A stretch of DNA of 64,000 nt, from assembly GCF_009914755.1 (NCBI RefSeq), contig NC_060947.1. One strand, written 5' to 3'. The DNA is from the human T2T-CHM13v2.0 reference genome, Homo sapiens. Every line of letters starts with the position of its first letter. Position 1 is the stretch's first letter. Shown piece by piece: positions 29,811-44,599 of the stretch. The translations under genes and the position numbers were made by a program. Below the pieces are notes generated by a model. That model searched no databases. It had not been told where the DNA came from and worked only from the letters and a program-made list of their open reading frames with translations.

Positions 29811-29886
29811 ATTTCAAAAATCCTCTAAGGCAAGTTTTGAAATCCTTCTATGACTTCTTTCATGGTATAACGGGTTGGTAATATAT
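29811..29886 (-). pseudogene. Pseudo-exon, about 76 nt (IYYQPVIP*KKS*KDFKTCLRGFLK) with mutated donor
   Basis: Followed by ataagt (gtaagt with G>A); phase 0>1 fits both neighbours; weak acceptor, frame ambiguous. Confidence 0.4.
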
Positions 29887-30053
29887 CTGTTTAGTTGTTC
29901 TGCTCCTTATCTGCTGGATTCGGTTGAATTTAACTTTCAGTGTCATTTAAAAATTACATTATTTCCTCTTGGAGCAGGAGTGATTGACTTTGTCTACACT
30001 GACTACAGTGATTAGTTTGATCAATGTAGATAGCCAGACCAGCTAATTCATAC

Positions 30054-30091
30054 TTCAAAGGTGTTGATTTGTTCAGATTTGGGAAGACTGC
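30054..30091 (-). pseudogene. Pseudo-exon, 38 nt (GSLPKSEQINTFE)
   Basis: Acceptor taaatttag, donor gtatga, open in the phase 1 frame set by the upstream exon. Confidence 0.55.
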
Positions 30092-30373
30092 CTAAATTTA
30101 TCAAATTAGTCAGGTATTATTCAAATAATTGCTTTTCCTAAGACCTGCCCTTTCTGTATCTGACAACATTTTTAGCTCTAATTAATGTACTATTTAAGTT
30201 GTTAAGATGCAATTATCTCCTAAAATATTTAATTATTGAGGCAGTGTGACTATGTCAGCTTATAAATGTTCTATCTTGAATAGTAAATATTACAGTTTCA
30301 CAATATGTTTACATTAGTTTGATTAGTGCCAAATACTATGGAGAAAGTATTGCTTTAATATAGTCTCATATAC

Positions 30374-30480
30374 CTGTATAAATACGCTGGGTCTGTGTGC
30401 AGTAAAAACGTCTATATTTTAATTGCTTGACAATAAGTTTATTATGTTTTTCCTTCAGCACCAGTTCCCCAAAGAAACAT
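30374..30480 (-). pseudogene. Pseudo-exon, 107 nt (CFFGELVLKEKHNKLIVKQLKYRRFYCTQTQRIYT)
   Basis: Acceptor ctctgaattttgtgtag, donor ag|gtatat, 35 open codons, both CpGs are Arg codons. Confidence 0.65.
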
Positions 30481-30658
30481 CTACACAAAATTCAGAGTAA
30501 GAATATTTCCAATGAAAACAAAAAGCTGACTGGGCACCTAATAACTATAAACCTGATGGTAAACAAAAGGTAGCTCTATCTTAAAACTCCTTCAGTCAGA
30601 AAATATAAGTAACAGAAAAAAATAGGAAATAATCAAATTGATACATACTATTTCATAC

Positions 30659-30758
30659 CATTTTTATCCTTTTCTAAACATCAATTTCTTAAGATGATAC
30701 CATAAAAATAATACATGAAAGTATATTAGAGGCATACACTTCTACTTTATTGCAAAGA
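30659..30758 (-). pseudogene. Tentative pseudo-exon, 100 nt (...LWYHLKKLMFRKG*K)
   Basis: AG acceptor, donor gtatga; needs stops or a frameshift. Confidence 0.35.
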
Positions 30759-31607
30759 CTGTAATCTCTTTGGCCCTATGGTCCAATACAATATATGGTA
30801 GCAGGTATAGAAAGTGCTTAATATGTTTTTACTTGTGGTAAAATACACATAATATACAAATTCACCTTTTAACCATTTGAAGTGTAGCTAGCAGCAGCAT
30901 GAATTGTATTCACATTGCTGTGAAAACATTGTAAATATCCGTCTCGAGATTTTCTCATCATCCCAAACCGAAGCAACATACCTATTAATAAATAACTCCT
31001 CATTCTCCCCTTCCCTCAACCCCTGGTAACCACTATTGTGTACTTTCTGTCTTTATGAATTTGATTATTCCAGGTGCTTAATATAAGTGAAATTGTACAA
31101 TAATTGTCCTTTTCTGTATAATTTATTTCACTTAGCATAATGTTTTCAAGGTTCATTTATGTTGTAGCATGTTTCAAAATTTCAATTTTTCAAGGCTGAA
31201 TGATATTCCACTGCAGGTGTATACTAATTTTGATTATCCATTCATTGGTAATGGACATCTGGGTTGTAACCACATTTGGCTATTATAAATAATGTCGCTA
31301 TGAACATTGATATACAAATATCTCTTCAAGTATCTGCTTTCAATTATTTTGGGTATATGCCAAGAAGTGGAATTTCTAAATCATCATATAGCAATGGTAC
31401 ATTAAGTTTTTAAGGAGCTGCCACACTGTTTTCCAAAGCTGCTGCACCATTTTACATTTCCACCAACGGTGCACAGGCTTTCAATTTCTGTGCATACTTA
31501 TCAACAGTTGTTACTTACGTAGTATTCTTGTTTGTCTGTTTGGTTGTTTTTGTTTGTTTTGTTTTGTTTTAAGAACCATCCTACTGTGTGTGAAGAGTAT
31601 CTGATAG

Positions 31608-31916
<309 letters not shown>

Positions 31917-33225
31917 CTGATAGTAGTTTTGGATTTGAATTTCCCTGATGATTAGTGATGTCGGGTATCTTTTCATGTGCTCATTGGCCATTTGTATATC
32001 TACTTTGGAGAAATGTCTATTCGAATGCTTTGCCCATTTTTTCAATTGTTTTTGTTGTAGTTCAGTTGTAGAGGTGAGGTTTTTATATACTCATATCCCT
32101 TATCAGATATATGATTTGCAAATATATTCTCCCTTTTCACACTTATGTCAGTGTCCTTGGGTGTATAACAGTTTTTAAATTTTGGTGAAGTCCATTTCAT
32201 CTATTTTTTTCTTTTATTGTCTCTATTTGGTGTCATATTCAAGAAATCTTGCCTAATCCAATGTAATGAAAATATTCTCATATATTTCTATCTAAGAGTT
32301 TACTACTTCTAGCTCTTATTTTTAGGACTTTGATCCACTTTGAATTAATTCTTTACATAGTAATTAATTAATCCGACTTCATTTTTTTTGCATATTTATA
32401 TCCAATTTCCCCAGGGCCACTTATTGAAAAGACTATTCATTTCTTACTAAATTGTCTTGGAATCTTGCCAAAAATCATTTGACTATGAATGTGAAGATTT
32501 ATTTCTGGGCTCTCTATTCTATGCATTTATGTGTCTGTCTTTAGGATAGTATGACACTATTTTCATTACCATAGCTTTGTAATAAGTTTTGAAATCAGGA
32601 AGTGTGGCACCTCCAAATCTCTCTCTCTTTAAAATGATTTCTTGGCTATTCAGAGTCCTTTGAAATTCCACATGAATTTTGGGGTAGATTTTTCTAATTT
32701 TGCCGTAGAATGTCATTTGGATTTTTGATTGGGTTTGCATTGAATCTGTACATCTCTTTGGTGGTATTGACATCTTCACAATATTAAATCTGACAACCCA
32801 TGAACACAAAAGGTCTCTTCATATACTTATAAATTCTTTAATTTCTTCCAGTGATTTTTGTAGTTTTCAGTGTATATGTTTTTGTCTTCTTTATATGGTT
32901 AATCCTAAATACTTTACTCTTTTTGGTGCTATTATAAACTGAATTGTTTTTCTAATTTTGTTTTCATAATATTTATTGTGAATGTGTAGAAACAAAACAT
33001 ATTTTTGTGTTAATTTTGTATTCTGCAACTTCGTTTAATTCTCTTATTTGATCCAATAGTATTTTATAGCATCCTCAATATTTTCTATTAAAAAGATCCT
33101 GTCTTATACAAACAGAAATAATTTTACTTCTTCAATTTCAATTACGTTTAATTCTTTTTCTTACCTAACTGCCCTGGCTAGAACTTCCAGTTCTATGTTG
33201 AATACACCCAGTGAAATCAAGCATT

Positions 33226-33515
33226 CTTTTTTTAAAATTTTAAGTTCGAGGTTCGTGTGCAGGTTTGTCATATAGGTAAACTCATGTCATTGGGGTTTGT
33301 TGTACAGTTTATTTCGTTACCTAGGCACTAAGCCTAGCACCCAATAGTTATTTTTTCTAATCCTCTCTCTCTCCTACCTCTCCACCCTTAAGTAGGCGCC
33401 AGTGTCTGCTGTTCTAGTCTTTGTGTCCATGTGTTCTCGTCATTTAGCTCCCACTTACAAGTTAGAACATGAGGTGTTTGGTTTTCTGTTCCTATGTTAG
33501 TTTGCTAAGGATAAT
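33226..33515 (-). mobile_element. L1PA (old) 3' end fragment
   Basis: gtgcaggtttgtcatataggtaaactc ... tttgctaaggataat. Confidence 0.8.
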
Positions 33516-35119
33516 CTTTCAGAACTTAGATGAAAAGCTTTTAGTCTTTCATTATTGACTATGATGCTAAATATGGATATTTCAAGATATTTCATATATG
33601 GCCATTATTTATTGAGGTTGTTTCCTTCTATTCCTAATTTGCTGTGTTTTTATTATAAGGAATGTTTAATTTTGTGAAATGTTTTTCTGCATCAAGACAA
33701 CCGTTTCTTCTCCTTCATTTTCTTGGAACACTATCATAATACATCACATTTAAGAAAAATTGCACTTTGTCATAGTGTATAATCCTTTTATTATACTTCA
33801 TAATTTCATTTACTAGTATGTTGTTGAAATTTTTTGCATCAACATTCATTAGGTATAGTAGCCTGTAGTTTTCTTTTATGTAGTGTCTTTGGATTTGGCA
33901 TTAGGAAAATGTTGGCCTCATAGAATGAGTTAAGAAGTGTTCATTCTCTTTATTATTTTGGAAAGGTTTTAAAAGAATTGCTGTTTATTCATTTACCAAT
34001 ATTTTTAAAAGAATTCATTAATGAAGCCATCTGCTCCAGGGCTTTTTTTGTTGTGAGATTTTTGATTACTGATTCTTCTCCTCATTGTTTATGAATCTGT
34101 TCAGATTTTCTGTTTCTTCATGATTCAGTCTTGGCAAGTTGTGTGTTTCAAGGAATTTGTTTATTTCATCTAGGTAATCCAGTTTTTGGTGCACACTTGC
34201 TCATAGTACTCTCTTATGATCCTATTAGTTCTGTAAGATTGTTAGAATTATTCCGTTTTTTTTTCTGATTTTAGTAAATTAAGTCATTTTTTTTTTTGTT
34301 TTAGTCAATGTAGTCTTTGGCTATAATTTTAAAATTTTGTAGTTCATTTTGAAGAACCAACTTTTGATTTTATTGATTTTTCTTTTTTTTGTATTCTCTG
34401 TTTTAGTTAGCTCTGCTATAATCTTTATTATTTGCTTCCTTTTGCTAGCAGTAGGTTTAATTTTTTCTTTTTAAAACATTTTAAGTGGTGTAATTAATTA
34501 TTTTAGTTAACCTTTTTCTTTTTTTGATGTGTTTCCAGCTATTAATTTTCCTTCTGAGCACTACTTTTGCTGCATTCATATATTTTGGTATGCTGTGTTT
34601 TGGATTTAATTTGTTTTAAAATATTGTCTAATTTCTCCTCTGATTTATTCCTTGATCTATTGGTTGTTTAAGGATATGTTGCTTAATTTTTATCTACTTG
34701 CCAGTTTTACAGTTTTTCTTCTGTTATTGATTTCTATATTCACTCCATTGTGATTTGAAAAGATAATTTGTATAATTTCAGTCTTTCAGAATTTATCAAG
34801 ACTTGTTTGGTGGCTTAACATATGGTATATCCTGAAGAGTGTTTCATGAGTAATTAAGAAAAATGCATATTCTACTGTTGTTTGCTGGAGTGTTTGGTAA
34901 ATGCTTGTTATACCTACATGTATTATAGTGTTGATCAAGTTCTTGTCTTCCTTCCTGATCATCTGTCTTATTTTCTATCAATTATTGAAAGTGGGTTATT
35001 GAACTTTCCTACTATTATTGCAGAGCTTTCTGTCTCCCCTTTTCATTCTGTCAATATTTGCTTCACATATTTTGGAGCCCTATTGTTTGATGCATATATA
35101 CACATACACACATATATGA

Positions 35120-36610
35120 CATTTATTTTTATAGATTCAAGGAGTACATGTGCACGTTTATTACATAAATCAATCACTGATGGATACTTAGGTCAATTTC
35201 ATTACTTTGCTACTGTGACTAATGCTGTGATAAACACATGAGTACAGGTGTCTTGGATATGATTTTATTTTCCTTTGCGTACTCAGTAGTGGGATGATTG
35301 GAATTAATGGTAGGTAGTTCTATTTTTAGTTCTTTGAGAAATTTGTCTTCCATAGACATATTACTTTACATTCCCACCAACAGTGTATACTTGTTTCTTT
35401 TTCCCCACATTCTCACCAACATCTGCTATATTTTGACTTTACAAACTCTAGTAACATTTCTATAAACCAATAATATTTATGCTGAGAACTAAATCAATAA
35501 GTCAATTTCAATTACAATAGTCACATGACAAAAATTAAATACCTCAAGAAATGTAACCAAGGAAATGAAAGGTATTTACAAGGAAAAATACAAAACACTA
35601 ATAAAAGAAATCAGAGCTGAAACAAACAAATGAAAAAAAATCACTTGTTCATGGATTGGATAAATCAATGTTATTAAAATGACCATACTGTCTAATGTAA
35701 TTTACAGATTCAAAGCAACACTTATGGAATTACCAATTTCACTTTTTCACAGAATTAGGAAAAAAAATTCCAAAATTTATATAGAACAAAAAAGATTGCA
35801 AATAGCCAGAGCAATCCTAGACAAAAAGAACAACCTGGAATCATCACATTATCTGGCTTCATTATACTGCATGTTTATAGTGACCAAAATCGGCAATGTA
35901 CTGGTACTGGTCCAGCTACTATGAAAGGTATGAAGATTCCTTAATAAACTAAAAATAGAACTACCATATGATCCAGCAATCCCACTGCTGAGTATTTATG
36001 CAAATGAATTGAAATCAATATTTTGAAGGGTTATCTGGATTCCCATATTCACTGCAGTATTATTCACAGCAGACAAGATATGGGATCCACCTAAGTGTCC
36101 ATCAGTGGAAGAATGGATAAAGAAAATGTGGTATAAGCAAACAAAAGAATGCTATTCAGCCTTAAAAAAAGAAAGCAGTCTTGTAATTTAAGACATTATG
36201 CTTGAACCTGGAGGACATTATGCTAAGTGAAATAAGCCAGTCACAGAAAGACAAATACTGAATTATCTCACTTATATATAGAATCTGTAAAACTTGAACT
36301 CATAGAAGTAGGGGGTAGAATGATGGTTACCAGAGGCTGGGGAATGGTGGGAGGGAGTTGGGAGTTGATGGTCAGGGGACACAAGGTTTCAGTTAGACAG
36401 GAGGCATAAGTTTTTATTTTTATTGCAATAATAATGTATATTTCAAAGTAAATAAGAGTAAATGTCTCATCACAAATAATGATAAGTGAGAAGATAGATA
36501 TGTTAATTTGCTTGATTTCATCATTCTTCATTCTATAAGTAGATCAAAGCATCACATTGTACCCTGTATATATATACAATTATGATTTGTCTATCAAAAA
36601 TATATGAATT
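35120..36610. mobile_element. L1 mosaic: minus-strand L1P 3' fragment (to ~35440), then plus-strand ORF2 and L1MA 3' end
   Basis: Orientation switch near 35440; peptide MTILSNVIYRFKA; 3'UTR ggttaccagaggctgggg. Confidence 0.75.
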
Positions 36611-37879
36611 AATAACAAAAATATATATTTCCATATATAGTGGGTATATCAAATCCATTTAATCTAGTCAAATTGATCTACTCAAATATAATCCAGTAAT
36701 AAATCTACATGTATGTATATGGAATCCATATAAGTATATATACATATGTATTGTCCATATTAACATAGTATCTGTATATACTTCCACACATATTCCACAT
36801 ATATTTGACACAGAGTGGGTGACAGAAATGAGTTTTACAATTGACCCTATGGTTGGTGGGAATCTACCCACCAACTGGGTCATGTGTTGAATGAAAAAAA
36901 TAATCTCTTTTTCTTGCCTAAACACATGTTTACAACAGAATGTCAAGTGAGCTTTGAGAAATCTCTACAGCCATAATTTCTGTGCCTGCCTCAGATTAAA
37001 ACAAACACACTGCCCCAAAAGATTTGTAATTGATGACAAAAATGCAACTACTTAAGTATGTTTGTATAACAAAGCTAGTATTTATAAATAAACATACCTC
37101 TGAAAATATTTATCACCTTCCAGCAATTCAAACAGGCCACTGACAAGATGTAATGAAATCACAGTAAAAATTCAGTGAATTATTTTGGTGAAAATTAACA
37201 CGGAAATTCTAAAGTTCATAAGGAAATTAAAAGGCCCCAAACCCTTTGCTTACCAAATATAATCATTATTTGTGCTTCTGAAACCATATGTTGGATTTCC
37301 CTACGTTTAAACTTTGTATAAAACAAATTATGCAGCATGTGGTCACACATGTGGCTTTTTTGTCTCTGTATTATATTAGGAAGATTCTTACATGTTATAG
37401 CATACATTTACCTGTTATTAGCAGTGGGGACTGCAGCTTCTTTCACTAATCTTATTTTTGTCTGAAGCTTTGTTTTTTGTTTTGTTTTGTTTTTAACAGA
37501 TCATGTCTATTTACCTACGTGAAGTAGACTCTGTGACTCACTAGACTTATACTTTCTTTCTCAGAAAACAAGTGAAGGCAGCTTGTTACTTCCCACCCTT
37601 CGACACACACATACAATGAGGGTTTGAGAAATGAAGTGTAGGAGCCAGACACAATGGCAGATTACAAATAGAGTTGAGTGGCACAAGAATGGGCTCTATT
37701 AAACATACCTTATTCACATCCTCAGATTCTCTTGGCCTCTTGCGTCTCTTGGATTCCCAACTTCTTGATCTGTCTCGACTAGCACCAGATAAAACCAGTT
37801 CCTTTCAGTTACTTGGCTTGAGGATAATTAGCCATTAGCCTGCGGTTTCTGGTTCCACTTACCTTTTGTGAATTCAGAT

Positions 37880-38307
37880 TAAATGCAACGCCTTAGGGTT
37901 TGGGGTATGTTTTCCTGAATGGCTTCTGAGGAGCTGAATAATGTAACCTGGGAGGTTAGAAAATAGGGGTGACATTTTACCAGTGGAAGATATAAAATGA
38001 GGAAAAACCCGGCAGAAAAATTCCATCTCCCTTTTTCATTTCGATGAACTTACAGAGGTATGATTTCTCCCTGAAAACTGTCTGAAAAGAGCCTCTGTGA
38101 CTAATCAGTTGTAATTGATAGGAAACCTGCTTCACAGTCTGTTGTGGAGCAGAAGCCAGAATAGAAATTAATCACCTTGCATTACGTTTTACCTTTCCTC
38201 GTTTTCATTTCCCCTCACTCAGTGTCTCCGTATAATACTTCCCACATAAGCATTAGCAATTTATCCTTCCCTCAGGCTCTGTTTTCTAGGAAACATAGGC
38301 TAAAATA
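37880..38307 (+). mobile_element. Old ERVL-type LTR fragment
   Basis: Ends ctcaggctctgttttctaggaaacataggctaa. Confidence 0.45.
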
Positions 38308-38684
38308 AAGTGTATATGCCAATGAATATATATAGTTTTAACATTTACAAATGAAACAAATGTGCTGTCCACAGAGGTTATGACCATTTTGACTCCCTCT
38401 GACAACACATGAGAGTGCTTACTTTGCAAGATTCTAACGGAGTATATGATCACATCTTTAAATTATATTTTCCCCTCTGATCAGAAAAAAAGTGGTATGC
38501 TATTGCGGTTTTAATATGCATTTACCTAATCTGTCATATTTCAGATCCATAAATCCATCCAGAGTTTATATGCCATTTGTATTTACTTTTCTGTAAAGTG
38601 CTCACTCTCTTGGCTCATTTTTCTACTAGAATTTTCATTTATATATATATACTTTTTAAAATAGAACAGATATTTGTCCTTTGA

Positions 38685-39004
<320 letters not shown>

Positions 39005-39106
39005 AGCTACCCATATTTTTATGAGTTTATAGTTTGCTCTTTGGTTTTGTATCCGGTGGTTTTGCCATACCAAACTTTGGTTTTAATTTTATTTATTCAT
39101 AGTATT

Positions 39107-39696
39107 TGTAATAGTTACCTTTATTTGTCAACTTGACTCCGGTAAAGGACATTCAGATAGTAAAACATTATTTCTGGGTGTGACAGTGTAGGTGTTTCCA
39201 GAATAAATTAGCATTTGAATCAGTAGACTGAGTAAACAAGATCTACCCTCACCAATGTTTTGGGCATCATCCAATCCACTGAGGGATTGGATGGAACAAA
39301 AAGGTTGAGGAAGATGAATTCATTCTCTCTCTCTCTCTTTTTGAGCTGAGATATCCATCTTCTCCTGCCCATAGATCTCAGAGCTCCTGGTTCTTTGGCC
39401 TTTGGATTTTGGACTGTATACAAAACTGCCTAACTTATACCACTGTTCCCCCCATCTCCCCACAAACAGTTTATACGTCTTTAGACTTGGACTGGGAGTT
39501 ACAGCATCAGTCCCTCTGGTTCTAAGGTCTTTGGACTCAGACTGAATTACAACACAGGCTTTCCTGGTTCTCTAGCTTAGAGACAGCAGATTCTGGAACT
39601 TTTTGGTCTACATAAATGTGTGGGCCAATTTCTATAATAAATCTTTGTGTGTGTATCTCCTATTGGTTCTGTTTCTCTGAAGAACCCTGAATAATA
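39107..39696 (+). mobile_element. MLT2 (HERVL) LTR
   Basis: tgtcaacttgact, attagcatttgaatcagtagactgagtaaa, ggttctgtttctctgaagaaccctga. Confidence 0.85.
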
Positions 39697-40101
39697 ACCA
39701 TAATAAACATTTCTTTTCATTACTTTTAGGTTTTATTTATCATGAATAGAAAAGCATTCTTACATGGAACAGTCATCTATGCATTTACCCTTAGATATAA
39801 CAATCTCAATTCTAGCATCCCAAAAGTGTTGTGGCAAAAAAAAATGTATTCAAAGACTTTTTATCATAGCCCTATTTTATGTAGACTGTAAAGAACTCAA
39901 ATATTCATCTAGAGTAACTTAGTTGAGTAAACTATTCATCTACACAATAAATTATTATGGCACTGCAAAAAAATGAATAAGAATTATCTTTATATACTGC
40001 TATGCAGTGATCTTTAGGAAATACTATTAGGAGAGAAAAAAAGACAGAGAAGATTGTACATGGTATGCTACTATATATTAAATAAAAGGGGATATGGAGT
40101 C

Positions 40102-40134
<33 letters not shown>

Positions 40135-40167
40135 AACTACCTTATATTAAAAACAAATGGTACACCA

Positions 40168-42120
40168 ATCTGTTTGCAGATGACACAATTGTACCATTGT
40201 CTCAGCCCAAATTCTCCTTAAGCTGATAAGCCACTTCAGCAGTCTCAGGATACGTAATCAATGTGCAAAAATCATAAGGATTCCTATGCACCAATAGTAG
40301 ACAAACAGAGAACCAAATCATGAGTGAACTCCCATTCACTATTGCTACAAAGAGAATAAAATACCTAGAAATGCAACTTAAAAGGGATGTGAAGGATCTC
40401 TTCAAGGAGAACTACAAATCACTGCTCAAGGAAATAAGAGAAGACACAAACAAATGGAAAAAACATTCTATGCTCATGGATAGGAAGAACCAATATCATG
40501 AAAATGACCATACTGCTCACAGTAATTTATAGATTCAATGCTATCCCCATCAAGCTACCATTGACTTTCTTCACAGTACTGGAAGAAACTACTTTAAATT
40601 TCATATGAAACCAAAAAAGAGCCCACAAAGCCAAGACAATCCCAAGCAAAAAGAACAAAGCTGGAAGCATCACACTACCTGGCTTCAAACTATACTACAA
40701 GGCTACAGTAACCAAAACAGCATGGTACTGGTACCAAAACAGATATATAGACCAATGGAACAGAACAGAGACCTCAGAGGTAACATCACACATCTAAAAC
40801 AATCTGATCTTTGACAAACCTGACACAAACAAACAATGGGAAAAGGATTCCCTATTTAATAAATGGTGTTGGGAAAACTGGCTAGCCATATGCAGAAAAC
40901 AGAAAAAGGACCCCTTAATTACACCTTATACAAAAATTAAATCAAGATGGATTAAAGCCTTAAACATAAGACCTAAAACCATAAAAACTCTAGAAGAAAA
41001 CCAAGGCAATACCATTCAGGACATAGGCATGCGCAAAGACTTCATGACCAAAACACCAAAAGCAATGGCAACAAAAGTCAAAATTGACAAATGGGATCTA
41101 ATTAAACTAAAGAGCTTCTGCACAGCAAAAGAAAGTATCATCAGAGTGAACAGGCAACCTACAGAATGGGAGAAAATCTTAGCAATCTATCCATCTAAAA
41201 AAGGGCTAATATCCAGAATCTACAAAGAACTTAAATTTACAAGAAAAAAAACAAACAACCCCATCAAAAAGTGAGCAACAAATACGAACAGGCACTTCTC
41301 AAAAGAAGACATTTATGCAGCCAACAAATGTATGAAAAACAGCTCATCATCACTGGTCATTAGAGAAATGCAAATCAAAACCACAATGAGATACCATCTC
41401 ACACCAGTTAGAATGGCAATCATTAAAAAGTCAGAAAACAACAGATGCTGGAGAGGATGTGGAGAAATAGGAACACTTTTACACTGTTGGTGGGAGTGTG
41501 AATTAGTTCAACCATTGTGGAAGACAGTGTGGCGATTTCTCAAGAATCTAGAACCAGAAATACCATTTGATCCAGTGATCCCATTACTGGGTACACACCC
41601 AAAGGATTATAAATCATTCTACTATAAAGACACAAGCACATGTATGTTTACTGTGGCACTGTTCACAATAGCAAAGACTTGGAACCAACCCAAATGTCCA
41701 TCAATGATAGACTGGATAAACAAAATGTGGCACATATACTCCATGGAATACTATGCAGCCATACAAAAGGATAAGTTCATGTTCTTTGCAGGGACATGGA
41801 TGAAACTGGAAACCATCATTCTCAGCAAACTAACACAAGAACAGAAAAGCAAACACCACATGTTCTCACTCATAAGTGGGAGTTGAACAATGAGAACACA
41901 TGGACACAGGGAGGGGAACATCACACCCTGGGGCCTGTCAGAGCATGGGGGGCTGGGGGAGGGATAGCATTAGGAGAAAAACCTAATGTAGATGATGGGT
42001 TGATAGGTGCAGCAGACCACCATGGCATGTGTATAACTGTGTAATAAATCTGCACATTCTGCACATGTATCCTGGAACTTAAAGTATAATTAAGAAATAA
42101 TTATAATAAATAAATAAATG
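40168..42120 (+). mobile_element. 5'-truncated L1PA (PA7/8-like)
   Basis: ORF2 C-terminus 41332-41886 ([37 protein letters not shown]), 3'UTR and A-rich tail. Confidence 0.93.
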
Positions 42121-43850
42121 GAAAGTTTAAAAATGTAAGGCTAAACATACATACATACATACACACACAGATATTCCTAGGAATTGCAGATTGTAGGAAT
42201 ATTTAGGGAATATTTTGACTGTATAACTGTGAGAGTATATCTTAATGACAAAAATAACCAAAAGTAAATCTTAATTTTTTAGCAACCAGACTGCTAGTAA
42301 TAGTGTTGATACTGTTATTCTGAAATGTTAGCTATTGCAAGTGCAAACAATAATTATTTGATGTTGTTAGAGTTTTTGGCTTAAGACATAAAAATAGAAT
42401 TGAAGAAGTTAAGTAAAACAAACTGAAAATTGTTGTAATTCTAAATTTGAGTTTGAGTTACAGTATGTCTATATGTATGTCATGATGTATTTTTTCTTCA
42501 ATGATACATATTACTCAAGAAATGATTCTTAAACTTCTTCCATTAAAAATTCGAGAAACATTAACCAATTCAGCATTATCATCTCATAGATTCTGGTCTC
42601 TAAATACCATTTTCATTTAAAGAAAGCACCATCTTTGGAAAAATAGTTAATTCCAAGTCTGCTTTAAGAAATGTATAAAATGAGTTTAAAACATGTTTTC
42701 ATAATGGAAAAGCAGGGAAACTAGTAATTACTATTTGGTCATGTCAAAATGACTTGAGCCAATTTGAAAGGGCTGTAACAATAAATAATGTAAAATTTGA
42801 GCATCAAAGAAAAAATGACTGCAATGATTACAGCACATCCAATATGTTAACATGTATGATTTTATAATTATAGTGTTACAATCTTATTGATCAGTTTTGG
42901 AGGATTTCAGGGAACCAACCTCTTATTCTGAGATGTGACAAGGGTGGAGAAATCAAGCCTTTATCCCATATCTGTGATACAAAGAGTCCCTCAGCCTTAA
43001 CAAATAGCTGAGGATGGAAACTTTTTTTCATAGAAGTTTTACAGATAATAAGTGGAGGAATGATAGAATACCACCATTCTTCAATATTTAATAAAATAAT
43101 AAATCTAGATGATTATGATTTATGGCTATTAAAACTATTGAGTAAAAAGCTGATGAGGGACTTAATATTGGATGGATTAGACCAATAACAGTTCAACCTA
43201 TGTATCAATCTTAACATCAGGAATTCTTTGCATTCTGGTGAAGTACACCAACTATATCTTCTTCTTGCCAAAAATTCCAACCTGAAACTGATCAAGACTC
43301 TAGAAGTAGTTACCTGTTTACAGAAGATACAAAGCACTGAAGATCCAGTTGAACAACATCACAGGAATGTAATCAATAAATTGTAAAATAAAAAGAAACA
43401 CTTTAGGGTGAATTACCTAGCTGTTTCAATAAGTAAATTCCAAGAGAAAAAATAGGGAGGGGGAAACTAGAGACATGTGAACCAAATGACATTGTCTGGA
43501 ATCTGATTTGAGCAAATAAATTGTAAAATAGATACATTTATTTTTTAGGTACATTAAAGTTTCAGGGTTGATTTTTTAATAAATACGCATATTTTACACA
43601 TACAAACTGAACTATTTTGTGGGTGAAATTACATGGTTTCTGATTTTGCTTCAAAATAATCTGTTCTCTGTGTGGTGGGAGATATGATGGGGGTTGGAAG
43701 TTGATGGATAATAAACCTGAAACAAGATTGGCTATAGGTTGCAAAGTGCTGAAGCTGAGATGTAGATGCACAGTGGTTTATTATTCTATTCTCTCTACTT
43801 TTGTGTATATTAAAATTTTTCATATTAAAACATATTTCAAAATAACATTT
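42120..43850 (+). mobile_element. L1MC4/L1ME-type 3'UTR (host also at ~39780-40165)
   Basis: aaaattccaacctgaaactgatcaag, ggtttattattctattctctctacttttgtg. Confidence 0.6.
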
Positions 43851-43972
43851 CACAGTATCAAGTATTTTTCTTTCATTTTTGCTACTTTTAAAATTGTATA
43901 TATTTACATTTATATATATTTACATTTAAATTTTTATTCATTTGAAATTTATTTAGTGTTAGAATTGAGGTA

Positions 43973-44486
43973 CAATTTAGCCATTGGAAAAAAGAAGAAA
44001 TCTTGTCATTTGCAACAACATGGATGGAACTGGAGATCATTATGTTAAGTAAAATAAGCCAGGTGCAGAAAGACAAACATCACATGTTTTCAATTATTTG
44101 TAGGATTTAAAATCAAAACAACTGAACTTATGGACATAGAGAGTAGAAAGATGGTTACCAGAGGCTGAGAAAGATAGAGGAGCAGGGGTCAGGATAATAT
44201 GGGCATGGTTAATGGGTACAAAAAATAGTTAGAAAGAATGAATAAGACATTATTTGATAGCACCACAAGGTGACTATAGTCAATAATAATTTAAATGTAT
44301 ATTTTAAAATAACTAAAACAGTATAAATAGATTGTTTGTAGCAGAAAAGATAAATGCTTGAGAAGTTGGATACCCCATTCTTCATAATGTGTTTATTACA
44401 CATTGTGTGCCTTTATCAAAACATCTCATGTGCCCCATAAATATATACCCCTACTGGGTACCCCCCAGAATAAAAATAAATTTAAA
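43973..44486 (+). mobile_element. L1MA2/3-like 3' end
   Basis: tttgcaacaacatggatggaactggag; TSD agaattgaggta. Confidence 0.85.
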
Positions 44487-44599
44487 AGAATTGAGGTAGA
44501 GATACAGTTCAACTTTTTTTAAGATGGCAATCCAGTTGTCACCCAAGAGACAGAGATTGGAGCTCTAGTCTACTAAAATTGTCTAGAAACCTCGGGGCA

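Noticed and set aside
41332-41886. 184-aa ORF as a host gene
   Set aside because: It is the L1 ORF2 C-terminus of a truncated L1PA
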